Shown in pieces: positions 25,690-38,727 of a stretch of DNA of 64,000 nucleotides. The position numbers were made by a program, and so were the translations under genes. The stretch comes from Podarcis vaucheri. Taxonomy: Eukaryota. The DNA lies in the NCBI GenBank assembly GCA_965113315.1, contig OZ220367.1, one strand, 5' to 3'. The number at the start of each line of letters is the position of its first letter. Position 1 is the stretch's first letter. Under the pieces are notes generated by a model. That model searched no databases and was not told the origin of the DNA. It saw only the letters and a program-made list of their open reading frames with translations.

Positions 25690-27030
25690 ATAATATGACA
25701 GCAACAATCACAGATAACAATGGCCGTCAAAGTGAACCATTCACAGTGGGATCAGGTGTTAAACAGGGTTGTGTTATTGCCCCAACTCTATTCATTATTT
25801 TCATTGCCATGATCCTACACTTTGTCGAAGGGAAACTCCCACTGGAGTAGAAATCATATATTGAACAGATTGAAAGCTCTTCAATCTGAGCAGGCTGAAA
25901 GCAAAGAGCAAGGTTACCGTAACTACCATCATAGAGCTTCAGTATGCTGATGACAACGTAGTGTGTGCATGCTCAGAGGATGACCTCCAAACCATCCTAA
26001 ATATCTTTGCAGAAGCTTACGAAAATCTTGGCCTATCGCTCAACATCCAAAAACCCAAAGTGCTGCACCAACAAGCACAAAATAACCCTTCTGCAGAGCC
26101 ACAAATCCAACTCAATGGTGTAACATTGGAAAATGTTGATCACTTCTCCTACCTGGGCAGTTATCTTTCCAAAAGGCAAAATCCAGCATCGCCTGAGCTC
26201 TACAAGCTCTACATTGATGGCAAAATCCAGCATCGCCTGAGCTCTACAAGAGCGGCTTTTTCCCGATTGAAGTGCAGAGTGTTGAGGACCAGGACATTCA
26301 CAAGGAAACCAAAATGCTTGTTTACAAAGCTATTGTACTACCAACCTTACTGTATGCTTGTGAAACATGGACCACTGATAAACACCATCTCCAACTCCTC
26401 AAAAGATTTCATCAACGCTGTCTCTGAAAAATTGTACACATCACTTGGGAAGACAGGGGAACTAATACCAGTGTACTGGAAGAAGCAAAGATCACCAATG
26501 TTGAAGCAATGATTCTTCAACATCAACATCATTGGACTGGTCATGTTGTACAGATGCCTGATTATCATCTTCCAAAACAACTACTCTATTCTGAACTTTA
26601 AAATGGAAAGCATAATGTTGCTGGTCAACAAAAGAGATTTAAAGACTGTCTCAAGGCAATTTTTAAAAAAAATATAGTATAAACACTATATAAAATACTA
26701 TAAAATACTATAAAAATATAGTATAAACAAATATAGTATAAAAATTGGGAAACACTTGCCTGCGAGCGCTCCAATTGGAGAACAACCTTACCAAAGGTGT
26801 CATGGGCTTTGATGACACTCAGATTCAGGACACAAGGGAGAAACGTGCTAGAAGGAATGCATGCTTGGCAAATCCACACCACTATCAACTCCCGCCTGAA
26901 AACCAATGTCCCCACTGTGGAAGGATGTGTGGATCCAGAATTGGCCTCCACAATCACTTACGGACTCATGGTTAAAACCGTGTTTATGGAAGACAATCTT
27001 ACTTGCCTACAAGTGATCACCAAAAAAAAA
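25690..27030 (+). mobile_element. 5'-truncated RTE-clade LINE (not BovB)
   Basis: RT motifs GVKQGCVIAPTLF and QYADD; C-terminal CPHCGRMCGSRIGLHNHLRTH; several frameshifts and stops. Confidence 0.85.
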
Positions 27031-29249
27031 GAAACAGAATAACATCAAATAACTTTCTAGAGCACTCAACTGAACTATCAAGATTGCTTAAAGATCAGGC
27101 ATTCCATTTCACTCTGCTCCCCGCACCATTGTCAAACCAAAACATAAACCAAAATTTAAGTCTACCATATAACACTTTATTCTAATGACCACCATCGCTA
27201 CTATTCTAATGACTTCTGAAAAGTTCCTCCCAACGTGCCAGGTTTGCAGGTCTGTGGAGTATTTTACATGGGAGATCCCTTTATTTACAGTTTCAAATGG
27301 TACAGCCCAGGGTCAGACATGGGTCCTTTGTACATCTGGCTTAGATTCTGGTTCTCCCATATTTCTTCACTTACATTTTATGCATCTAAGTTCACATTTT
27401 CACTGATTGCAGCTAGAAGTGCTTTCCATCACTACTAAGAACTGAACAAGAAGCAGGGGTGAGTGCTTCTCCAGGTGCAGGCCTGCTCCTCACTCCGCGG
27501 TAGTGGCACGAGCGGTAGCAAATTCAGTCCAGAGAGTGATCCACATCAGGAAGCCAGGTCTCCAGCATGATTTGGCTTCTATGCCTCTTCGTGGCTAGCT
27601 TACATCTCAGGAGAGAACTCTGCCAACAAAAGAACTGATTGGTCCATGGTGAGTGAAAGGAGATCTGTTCGTTCTTCTATATAGCCCAGGGAAGACTCTT
27701 ACAGAGCAGCTCTAGAATCCTTGCAGCTGCCAATAATTGTTCTCTGACATCATTATGACATAATGAAAAGACAATACCACCCAGGGTATCCCACAGTACC
27801 CTCTTCCCTGTCATCAGCTGGCACTGGAGAAACCTAGACTTGTTGACACTGTAAAATGAAAAGACACAATGACTAAACAGAGATGCTAGTGCTTCCTTCC
27901 TCTGACACAACATGATTTCTGCCATCACAAGCCAAAGTGTGATGGGCTCAGCTCTTGGGTGAACCTGGTACGGGTTGCTTCCTCAACCTTTGGTCAGCAT
28001 GTAGAGGCACAGGACCTCTGTCTTCACACCACCACAGTCTTACTCATCGAACTAATGGGCCATCAGTTTGCATATAATAAGCATTAGTTCTGACAAAGAT
28101 CTCATAGCACACTGAATTACAGAGAAGTAGATATAAGATGAAAGATGCCACTTGTCTTTATGGAAATTTAAGAGAGAGAAAGAAATCCATCCATCATAAG
28201 ACAATGTTGATAACTATAATTGCACATATGACCCATGAGCTGAACTAATGAAGAACAGTCCTTTGAGTAATGTCTTCAGCTTCATGGAAGCCATTTGTTA
28301 TTTAATAGAGAATCAATCCCGATGACTGGCAAAATGGGTCCTCACTTTTTTTGGCTCAAGATTTTGATGAAGGAGTTATTAATGTGTTTGAGATGAGCTC
28401 CATTTTTTAAATTCTGCTGTCACTCATGTGCCGGACATAAAGTGCTGAGGTTATCTATCGGTACAAAACTTTTAATATTCTTATATCAATAAATTTATTC
28501 AGACAAAAATCTGAACTGGGCCAGAATAAATTGACTCTGGGTGTGCCATTAGGGACCTTTCTATATGCACAGAGTGGCATGTACTGTCAAAACATTCAGC
28601 TATATGTGCAGCTATATGTAACTCTGCCCAGTTATGACTCACAAACTGGCCTTTGTATTTGGAGTTCTAAGGCCATGCAGTGTAGAAGACAGTTGACCTG
28701 TCAGACATGGACCCACCATTTGCTGGTATTTCAGCACAACCAGTGTGATCAACAGAGTGTCCCAACAGAACATCAGTTTTACTGCTGAGTGTCTGGGGAA
28801 ACCCAGCCAGATGGGTGGGGTATAAATAATAAATTATTATTATTGTTATTCCAGTAGTCAGGCTTCTCCAGAGTTCCAAGTTAAGAAAACTCCTTCCCCA
28901 CTCAGTTGAGATTAAAGTATAAAGTGTTTGTTCTTGTCTCAAGACACAAGACAGATCTAAACACACTAACTTCAATAATAAATTTCTTCTGATCCAAGGG
29001 TGCCAACTTGAATAAAATATTTGGGGGGGGTGGGCAGGTAAGCCCCATCCCGCATAATGGAGCTGGTGGTTCTGGAGAGGCCAGCGACTCCAGGGTGCCT
29101 TGCCATGCGGTGCCCCGGCTGATGTGCTCCACTTGTGGCAGCACCACCTGTCCCCATCAGGAAGAGGCAGAAGATATGCACAGTGACACTAATCATCTCC
29201 TTTCTGACACTGTAATATACTGCCATATCACAAAGTTTAGTTGGCAATA

Positions 29250-29469
29250 CAGTGGTACCTCGGGTTAAGAACTTAATTAATTCTGGAGGTCCGGTTCTTA
29301 ACCTGAAACTGTTCTTAACCTGAGGTACCACTTTAGCTAATGGGGCCTCCCGCTGCCGCGCCCCGCGCAATTTCTGTTCTCATCCTGAAGCAAAGTTCTT
29401 AACCCGAGGTACTATTTCTGGGTTAGCGGAGCCTGTAACCTGAAGCATCTGTAACCCGAGGTACCACTG
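29250..29469. mobile_element. Tc1/mariner-pogo-type MITE, family A
   Basis: TIR CAGTGGTACCTCGGGTT; TA TSD. Confidence 0.88.
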
Positions 29470-30942
29470 TATATTATGATGTTGGAAAGCAGGTATCGCC
29501 CAACCCTATTGGTGACATTAGTAGCCCCACCTGTGCCAGAGTCGCTGACCCGGCAATGGCAACTGCAGACTTGCAAAATGCTGAGGCGTAATTTGCTGCC
29601 ACCTCTTGGTATTTACAAGTGGGTGCTCCTCTCCTCCATCACCCAGCCACCATCACCATTGATTTGTGGTACCTGCGGCACCTGCCCTTGTTAGCTCCCT
29701 GAACTAACCTGTACAGTTTATCTATATCTGCTTGCCTTGACAGGTCTCTTCTGAGTATTCCTTTCCCAAGCCTGTTGTTGTTGTTTGCTTTGAATCCTGC
29801 TCAACCCTGTCTGATCTGAGTTTGCCTGTTGATAATGCTCCCCAAATGTCATCTTTCTTCAGATGATGCTAATCGAGTTTGCCTTCAAAGGATGTGCCGA
29901 TATTGCTCCCCTGGTGCAAAGCTGCCATATCTGTTTGGAAGATGGCAAGGAATAAATATTACAGTCATTAAAAGGCTCCGCTATGCCCGACTCTGTTTTC
30001 TAAAGGGTATGCTGAAGCTGTTACTTGGCAATCTGCCAAGAATGAGCAGAAATCTGCCTCTAACATAAATGTCCTCATGGGTTTCCACTGAAACATCGTA
30101 AAAGCAAAACAATAATCTCTCTGTGAATTCCTGTCTATGCTGCTGCTACTCAACACCCTCTTAGTAGGCCCAGATCCACCAAAACAATCAGGAGTTGGCA
30201 ATCTAAGGCCCGCCAGATGTTGTTGGACTACAACTCCCATCATCCTTGGGACAGTTTGGGGCAGATGAGAGTTGGAGTCCAGCAACACCTGGATAACTTC
30301 TGCGTGCTAGTTCCAGATCTAGATAAATCTAATAGGGGCTATTCATGGACACTAAGTGAAGTATGTGGTGATGTTAGCGATTGTTGTTGTTTTTGCAAAA
30401 TTAGCATTATTTGTGGATTATATTTTATCCCCTTTCAGTTCTAAATTTTGCGTCCCATTTTGCAGAACAGAGGATATGGTAGGTTAAAACAGCTCTGCGG
30501 AAGTGGCAGGGAACTGACGATACAAGATAAATTAGATAATGAATCACTAGCAGATCTTTGTGAATTTATCAAGGTGCCTAATACTGAAACAGACTGCAGG
30601 TCCATCTATCCCAGATTGTTTGTTCTGACTGGCAGAGGATGTCAGGCAAGGTCCCAGACCTGCAGCTCACAGATTCATTCAAGTACAAAGCACATGCCAG
30701 GAGTAAGCAACACGGTGACCTCTGGATGTTGTGGGATTGCAACTCCCATCTGCCCCAGAAATTATAGCTGTCAAGAATGATGAGAATCAGAGTCCAGGAG
30801 CCTCTGGAGGGCTTCCCCTGTACTGTATTGCTGATATGAGTCCTCCCTAGCTATTTATGTAGTCTATTTTCTATATTTCTTACTTTCCCCCCAAACATAC
30901 TCAGCATTCTAACCTACATCCCAGTTGGTACTTTTGACAATA

Positions 30943-31160
30943 CAGTGGTATCTCAGGCTAAATACTTAATTCGTTCTGGAGGTCCGTTCTTAACCTGAAA
31001 CTGTTCTTAACCTGAAGCACCACTTTAGCTAATGGGGCTTCCTGCTGCTGCCAGAGCACGATTTCTGTTCTCATCCTGAAGCAAAGTTCTTAACCTGAAG
31101 CACTATTTCTGGGTTAGCGGAGTCTGTAACCTGAAGCGTATGTAACCTGAGGTACCACTG
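30943..31160. mobile_element. MITE family A
   Basis: Same TIR and internal sequence; TA TSD. Confidence 0.88.
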
Positions 31161-31529
31161 TATTAGATAGCCGTCTAGTCTCTGCCCAAGTTGTCTGCCA
31201 CGGGAAAGCCTACTATTCCTCTAAGCAATTGGTTCCATTGTGAAGGTGGTCTTAATAAGTTTCTTCTAATGCTCAGCCATTGAATCTAATCCTTCTCCCT
31301 GAGACAGCAGAGAATAGTTTTACCCTCTTCTATGCTATAGGTCAGGGCTGCCCAACTGTCAAGAGACTGCGATCTACAACCACTATAAAAAAAAACTGGC
31401 AGTGATCTACCCATTGGATTGACCAGAGTTGTTGAGCTTTTTTTGGGAAAGCGTCATTATTATTATTATTATTTTTTGGGGGGAGCAATCGACCAGTAGA
31501 TCGTGATCGACCTTTGAAGAGTGCTTTCA

Positions 31530-31830
31530 TTACTCCTCCCCTCAATCTTCTCCAGCCTTAACTTTTCCTCAAAAGACCTTTTTTTTTTTTTAGATTGTTC
31601 TTAAGGTGCCACACCCGTCACTAGATACAGTCTTCCAGATGAGGTCTGACAAGCGCAGAATTAAGTGGGTTTTTGACTTCGTGTGTCTTGGAAACCACGG
31701 TTCTAGTGTAACGCAACCTAAAATTGTATTAGACTTTATTGTAGCAGCATCACACTGCAAACTCATGTTTCAGGTTGTGTGCAAGTACAGCCCTAACATC
31801 CTTTTCACATGTACTACTGCCAATTAATGT
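31530..31830 (-). mobile_element. Old CR1 fragment
   Basis: Antisense CR1 ORF2-like sequence (gcagcatcacactgcaaactcatgtt). Confidence 0.55.
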
Positions 31831-32574
31831 GTCTTCATCTTGCGACCTTGTTTATTATCCTCCATTCTGCCCTTCCTAGGTGTGTACTGGAATATCAGAG
31901 GTCCAAAAGCAAGCTAATGCTCCATTTTCTAGGTTAAGTGAAGTCTCTTTGTTCCTTCAATGTGCTCCTCAGAGAACTTATGAAAACTCTCTGGTTTTAT
32001 TTAAGGAATTAAAACTGATTAACTATTCGAAATCCTCCTGCATTAGTTTTCAAACAGTGTTCCAGGGACCCTCAGGGTTCTGGTGTAACCTTTTAAGGGT
32101 TCTTCAATGAGAAGATCAGGACCAGCAAATGGACCTCCCTTACATAACAGCTTGATTATCAGTACTCCCATTTAACCCTGGCTAATATGTTTTTTGTTCT
32201 GGGTGTCCATTACCTCAAGTTACAATTTCCTTTTGATTCTCCTGATAGATGCCAATGATTTGTTTTGTTTTGTTTTGTTATGGCCAGGATCCAAAGGATC
32301 ATGCTCCTTTCTCCACATGGGCAACAGTTCAGGGCTTTCTGAAAACAGAACCTTTCAGAGTGCCATTGGTGTAGCACAAGAGGCTGCAGCTGGTAAGGGA
32401 AAATTTGTTAACCCCCTACGCTTGTATGGAAGTGATTTCCACTCCATGCATGGATCTTTGGACTTCAGCCTATGCATCTCTCACCTCATCCTATGCTCAG
32501 TATGGCTTACATAACACAATGTGATCAAATGTCAAGGCATTTAGTATTAGGTCTACTCCATTTAACACAATGTT

Positions 32575-32790
32575 GAGGACCCATTTAGTAGATAGCATGT
32601 CTGACTTGGGCAAGGGAGATCCAGATTTAAAATCTCACTCAGCTATGAAGTTCACTAAGTGACTTTGGGCTGCCATGATACTTTAGCCTCCTCCCATGTC
32701 AAGGAATTGTTTTGAGGACAAAAGGGAGCAGGGACCACGACTGTCACCAGTGGCTCCTTGGAGAAAGGGAATGGAATAAATAAATAACAC
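32575..32790 (+). mobile_element. Old MIR/Squam3-type CORE SINE
   Basis: Degenerate core (gtgactttgggc) and (TAAA)n tail. Confidence 0.5.
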
Positions 32791-34054
32791 ATTTGCTTAG
32801 CAACTCTAAATGACTGCACTCACACCAAATTCTGAAAGGTACCTCCCCCAGATTTCAATTATTTAGCTTAATATTTTAGAAATGCGATCAAATACTGCTC
32901 TAATCAAAGTTATAGAACTGTCTCAAACAGTTGATCACTGCTGTCAATTTCCTGTCAAATTTGGAATGGGATTCCGTTCTCCTAAGCAACCAGCAACCAA
33001 TTTACAACGCAGAACAGAACAGCTTAATCAATTACACAAGTAATTAGCTTCATTGCATTTTTTATGTTATGATATATCAATTTTCATGCTTCCTGGATTC
33101 ATCTATTTCAGGATTCCAATTTGTAAGTTGTACAAACTTGATTAACTACAAAATGCTTGGCTTCATAGGGGTACATTATTGTAAATAAAAGGTGGTTTGC
33201 TCACTTGGGAAGCAATTTTAAAATGGTAAGTACTTGATGATGTATGGCCTATAAGCTGCTAAAAGATAATTGCATATAGTCAGCTGTCTGTAAATTCAAC
33301 ATTATTTAATTACACGTAATTAGATTCTTTGTAAATGTAACATTGATAGTTGAATGTTGTCCTATTAAACTGATTGAAAGCACCTGCAATGTGTAATTAG
33401 CTTTTCCAACACCAAACTTTTACATACATACATATATATATATATCCACACACACACAAAATCCATGTCAATTATATTACCTTCCTAGCTGATTGCTAAT
33501 ATGTTTGATAATTTAAAAGTACATTTATAAGTATGTATATGAATTACATTCATGAAAGGAGAGGCAATGATGAACTGGAAAGTATATGTAGGGGAAGAGT
33601 TGCTCTTTTTAAATTGGCCTGGAGGTTTCCAAGAGCAGTGCCTTCGATGGACCAGTACCATCAAGCTTTGGTACTTTATTATTGGTGGCCACGACAATCT
33701 TGGAGCTTCCTTTTAGAAATCAGAAACAGCACATGGCCTGTCTAACTGAACAAGTACTCAGTGATCAGGGAGTCTAGAGGGTTATATTTTGGCTCATGTA
33801 GTTCAGCACGCTGTTTCCACAGTGGCTATCCCAACACCTCTGAGAAAACTTCCAAGCAGCACACAAGGGCAATATCCATCTGCTGCTAGTATCCTCAGCA
33901 ACATGTATGCCACATCTGAACCTGCAGATAGTGTGCGGGTATGTCTTATGTTTTGTGCTTGGGTTGAGGGAAGTGACTTCTGTTGGTGTCAGAATGTAAC
34001 AGTCAAAGTTCAAGGCCTTGTGCTGTGACAGGTTGTGAAAGGGAGATCATGTAA

Positions 34055-34275
34055 TCACAGAATTATAGAGTTGGAAGGGACCGAAAGAGAGACATCAAGC
34101 CACAATTCCTACAATGCAAGAATCACAACTAAAGAATCCATGACAGATGGTCATCCAACCTCTGCTTAGAAACCTCCAATATGGAGGGTCTACCACCTTC
34201 CAAGGGAGTCCATTCCCCTGGCAAACAGCTTCTTACCGTCAGAAAGTTCTTTTTGAAGTTGGAATCTCCTTTCTC
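34055..34275 (-). mobile_element. CR1 3' end fragment
   Basis: Similar to the 10548-10730 CR1 3'UTR. Confidence 0.7.
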
Positions 34276-34278
34276 ATA

Positions 34279-34537
34279 CTGTATTTTTTGCTCTATAAGA
34301 CTCACTTTTTCCCTCCTGAAAAGTAAGGGGAAATGTGTGTGCGTCTTATGGAGCAAATGCAGGCTGCACAGCTATCCCAGAAGCCAGAACAGCAAGAGGG
34401 ATTGCTGCTTTCACTGCGTAGCGATCCCTCTTGCTGTTCTGGCTTCTGTGATTCAGAATATTTTTTTTCTTGTTTTCTTCCTCCAAAAACTAGGTGCGTC
34501 TTGTGGTCTGGTGCATCTTATAGAGCGAAAAATACAG
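34279..34537. mobile_element. Tigger/pogo-like MITE, family C (complete copy)
   Basis: TIR ctgtattttttgctctataaga ... tcttatagagcgaaaaatacag; TA TSD. Confidence 0.8.
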
Positions 34538-34589
34538 TAATTTGAATCCATTGGCATGAAGCAGCAGGAAACAAGCTTTCCATCTTCCA

Positions 34590-34720
34590 TGTAAAAGGAC
34601 CCCTGGATGGTTAAGTCCAGTCAAAGGCGACTATGGGGTTGCGGCACTCATCTTGCTTTCAGGCTGAGGGAGCCAGCGTTTGTCCACAGACAGCTTTCTG
34701 GGTCATGTGGCCAACATGAA
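34590..34720 (-). mobile_element. Sauria SINE 3' fragment
   Basis: Matches the tail half of the other copies. Confidence 0.7.
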
Positions 34721-35086
34721 ACTAGGGACATCCTACCATACCCCTCCAACTTTTCTCCAATAAAAATAGGGGCATCCTAGGGAAAAGCAGGACATTCTGG
34801 GATGAAATCAGAAACCGGGACAGCTTCTCTATATCACGGATGTCCCTGGAAAATAGGGACACTTGGAGGGGCTGCTGTACCAGCACTGCATTGCTGGCTT
34901 TTGAGCGGATTCCCTGAAAGAGCTTGCAAGATCTTACCCAAATCTCATGAGATCTTTTGCTCTCCTTGATATCTTGCAAGACTTTGATGAAATCCCGCAA
35001 GATCTTGCAGGAAATCAGCACCTACACTGGCACCGCTTCTCTGGCAGAGGTGGGGGCACGAAAAGAGGCACTCATGAGGGTGCTCT

Positions 35087-36160
35087 TGTAAGAAAAACAC
35101 TGGAACCTAATTTGAATAGTAGACTGCTTGGTATCCAGTGGGACATTCAGTTTGCTGAATGTGCCAACCCTGACCAAGTGTAAATGTAAATTAATGTAAA
35201 TTTTAATCGCAACAAATGTGCACTCACCAAAGATGCAGTTTTGCCTGCACAAGGTTTTGAAAATAATGGAATCTCTGTGCTGGATACCAGTCAAGAAAGA
35301 GTGAATATGGTCAAGAAGAATTCAAGCGCAACCTGTGTTCATCTGTGGCACAAAAGGCTTGGACATAGAGACTTCAGGATTATAGCAGACCTGCCAAAGA
35401 AAGGTTTGGTGAGAGTAATGGAAATTAAACCTTGTGAAGTTGACCTGAATAGTGGGGAAGGGAACAAGACCTTCTATCTCGAAGCAAAACCAGGAAAAAA
35501 ATGCTGAATGTTTATATAAGAAAGTTTTGACAATTTACATGCTAAATTAATATTAATTCAAATTAGGCACATTCAGAAGGGGATTGTAAGAAAAACATCA
35601 GGGCCTAATTTGAATAGTAGAGTGCTTGGTATCTGGTGGGTGGGGCTTGTGTGCTTTGCTCTGGAATCAGCCCCTCCCTTCAGTATGTGTTCAGTTCTGT
35701 TCAGTTAGTTAAGAATGTCCATTAAGAGGGACCAACTGTCTCTTCTTGTTTCTTGCGTCAGACTTGCCTCCTGTTGCTGTACAGTGGTACCTCTGGTTAC
35801 GAACTTAATTCATTCCAGGGGTCTGTTCTTAACCTGAAACCGTTCTTAACCTGGTACCACTTTAGCTAATGGGGCCTCCTGCTGCCTTTGCACCGCAGTT
35901 TCTGTTCTCATCCTAAGGTAAAGTTCTTAACCCAATGTACTACTTCTGGGTTAGCGTAGTCTGTAACCTGAAGTGTTTGTAACCCGAGGTACCACTGTAT
36001 TTAGTTTCTCTCATGATGTTATTTTGTTACAATTTTCTGTATTATTAAAGCTTAGTTTACATTTACGTGAGCCACTTATTTTTCTCAAAGAAAAATTTAT
36101 GGGTGGGCTGGCCATGCCTGAGGTCATTATGGGCATGCACACTGTTATCTGCTTAACTGT
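35087..36160 (+). mobile_element. Internally deleted Ty1/Copia-like LTR element
   Basis: Two direct LTR starts TGTAAGAAAAAC at 35087 and 35585; PPT AGAAGGGGAT before the second; GAG-pre-integrase motif HLWHKRLGH in ORF 35241-35507; 3' end approximate. Confidence 0.65.
35782..35997. mobile_element. MITE family A inserted in the putative Copia 3' LTR
   Basis: TIR CAGTGGTACCTC; TA TSD. Confidence 0.88.
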
Positions 36161-37057
36161 AAGCACACACCTTTAGTTAAAATAACATAAAATTCTCAAT
36201 CTACCAGCTTTGCACAAAACAGCAGCCATATGTATGTTTGTGTGTGTGTTGCTCCAAGCCAGGAAACCTGAGATCCATGGGTATTTGCTCCCATGTGCAC
36301 ATACACCTTTTGTGATTTACCATGCTTGCACAAAAAAGCAGTCCAAACATAAAAATAAGTGATGCCTCACTCCAAACTAGCTAAGGATTTGGAGTTGTTC
36401 ACACGAAAGGCTGCCTGTTGCTTCCTTTCCATGCCCTTTCCTCCCCATCTCCTCTACCCATGGGTGTAGCCAAGGGAGGGCAGGGGGGTCCACAAATCTT
36501 GTGGGAAAGGGCAGATTGCAGCCTTTTCCCACAAGAGAGACAGCACCCAGCAAAACATCACTACTGGCAGGGATTTTTTCATTGGAGACCCTGGGCGGAG
36601 TAGTAGGGGCAATCTCATTCTTTATTTCCACACTGTGGCTCCAGACCAAATCATCTGTCAGGAGAGCTACGGCCTAGCCAGGACGGCTTTCCTGTTATAC
36701 TTTCTGGGCTTGACGAGGCATGTGATCCCCACCTATCCTGAGTCTACTCACTCCCCAAACTAGCGAGCTCCACCTAGGCTGTGGGTCCTTGCCTGCCCTC
36801 CCTCAGAATTGCCTGCCCTCAGATTGTTTGATCCATTTTGTAGGTACTCTCTTGACATGATTTCACCTTTTTGAATGTTTGAGATACCATAGTTGTTTAT
36901 CAGCCTAAACAAGAGGTTCCAGTGATTCCATCAGCTTACTGCAGGGAGGGCTAACCCTTTTCAGACCAAGTGCCACAATGACCCATGGTCAACCCCCTGG
37001 AGACTGCATACTGAACTAGCAAGGATGCTACAGCGTCCAGGCTGCCTTCCAATAGTC

Positions 37058-37193
37058 CAGGCATGGCCAAACTTGGCCCTCCAGCTGTTTGGGGACTACA
37101 ACTCCCATCATCCCTGACCACTGGTCCTGTTAGCTAGGGATGATGGGAGTTGTAGTCCCCAAACAGCTGGAGGGCCAAGTTTGGCCATGCCTG
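37058..37193. mobile_element. Palindromic hAT-type MITE
   Basis: Near-perfect 136-bp hairpin; 8-bp TSD caatagtc. Confidence 0.9.
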
Positions 37194-38591
37194 CAATAGT
37201 CCATGCCCTAGCCATCCCTGGTTTAGTGTTTCTAATAAAGATCAATGCTAAGGAAAATGAAGAATAATGGGATTTCACCCAAAAATATATGCAGGCTCTA
37301 CAAACGTGTGTAGACCATGTGATACCAAGGAGGCTTGGCTGTGTTCTTGACTTAAATAACTGCAGCAATGTGTATTTGAGATGGAAAAGCAACGCTGCAA
37401 GAATTCAAACCACAGAAAGGTGCCAACTATTATGAGACACCTCTGAAGTCAAAATCACAAGGTCATTCAATCTAGCAAAATTGGTGAGCTACATACTTCA
37501 TGTTTCAGGGTAAGTCAGCCTACTAATTCTTCTCTATTGTCCAGAGGCTACTTCTGTTTCTGCCAGTAATGCTTTACATGGTATCCTGTATACAGTATAC
37601 TTGCCCTTCCCTTTGCCAAAGGATTTATATGATTCTGCTCCTTCCTGTGCACAGAAAGACATAGGCAGAATGTTAGCCTGTCTTCAGACAGATTTACAAA
37701 ATTTTAATACAAATGTAAGAGAATAGTTTTAACAGTAAAGAATAGAAACCACAGCATTTAAAAGGTGTTTTTATTAGCCATTTGAAACATCATTGGAATA
37801 AAACAGCCTCATTAAAGATACATTATTATTTATCTGACATGAGAACTATTTCATTATGTGTCAGTAAGTTGGTGGAAAATTATCTTAGCAACTCACTTCT
37901 GCTTCCACAGGAGCTATATTTTCTCTTACAAAAATATAGATTTATAAAGCTTTCCATAATTATAAGCAAAACCCCACATAAAAATGGGTCTTCTATCTTT
38001 TTTCTGTTGTTTGGACATGAACACCAACATAAATTAATGAATTACCCAATGACATGGACAAAAAGTTCTGGCTGCTATGTTTTGGAACTTTAAAAAATGA
38101 AATATGCAGAAGTATATATAAAAAAAGCCCCACAAACCCAATAGTTCGTCAAGTGCTGAAGCAGGGTGTTTAAATAAATAATAGATATTTAAAGAATTGT
38201 AAGCCAGGTATCGTAAGGGTGTTTTATCATTATTATTTTGCTATGCTTACTTTAATAGTTGGACACTGAAATCATAAACTGTAAATGTAGATCGTTGTCA
38301 GCTGAGTCTTTGCCAGACACCAAAATGATTTGACAGCTGACAGCAGTCTGCTTGAATGCTATAAACTGTGGGCCTTGTTTCCAGCAGGCTATCAAAACAC
38401 CATTTTAACCTTCAATTTCCCCTTATATCAAAGGGCAAAATGAAAAGAAATCCCTTTGGTATGATGTCATATTGTGAAAACTCTTGTTAGGATTGGATTC
38501 AAAGAACCGTAAGGAAAAGAAGTGGCAATGCAATATTGCAAAGGGCTTGCAGCTCACTGCAATGCTATAGTGTAGTAGGGAGGGTCTATGG

Positions 38592-38727
38592 CAGGCATAG
38601 GCAAACTAAGCCCTCCAGATGTTTTGGGACTACAACTCCCATCATCCCTGACCACTGGTCCTGTAAGCTAGGGATGATGGGAGTTGTAGTCCCAAAACAT
38701 CTGGAGGGCCGAGTTTGCCTATGCCTG
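38592..38727. mobile_element. Palindromic hAT-type MITE (same family)
   Basis: 136-bp hairpin; 8-bp TSD gtctatgg. Confidence 0.9.

Noticed and set aside
32288-32392. Plus-strand exon-like segment with AG/GT boundaries
   Set aside because: No recognisable protein and no partner exons; the donor region looks repeat-derived.
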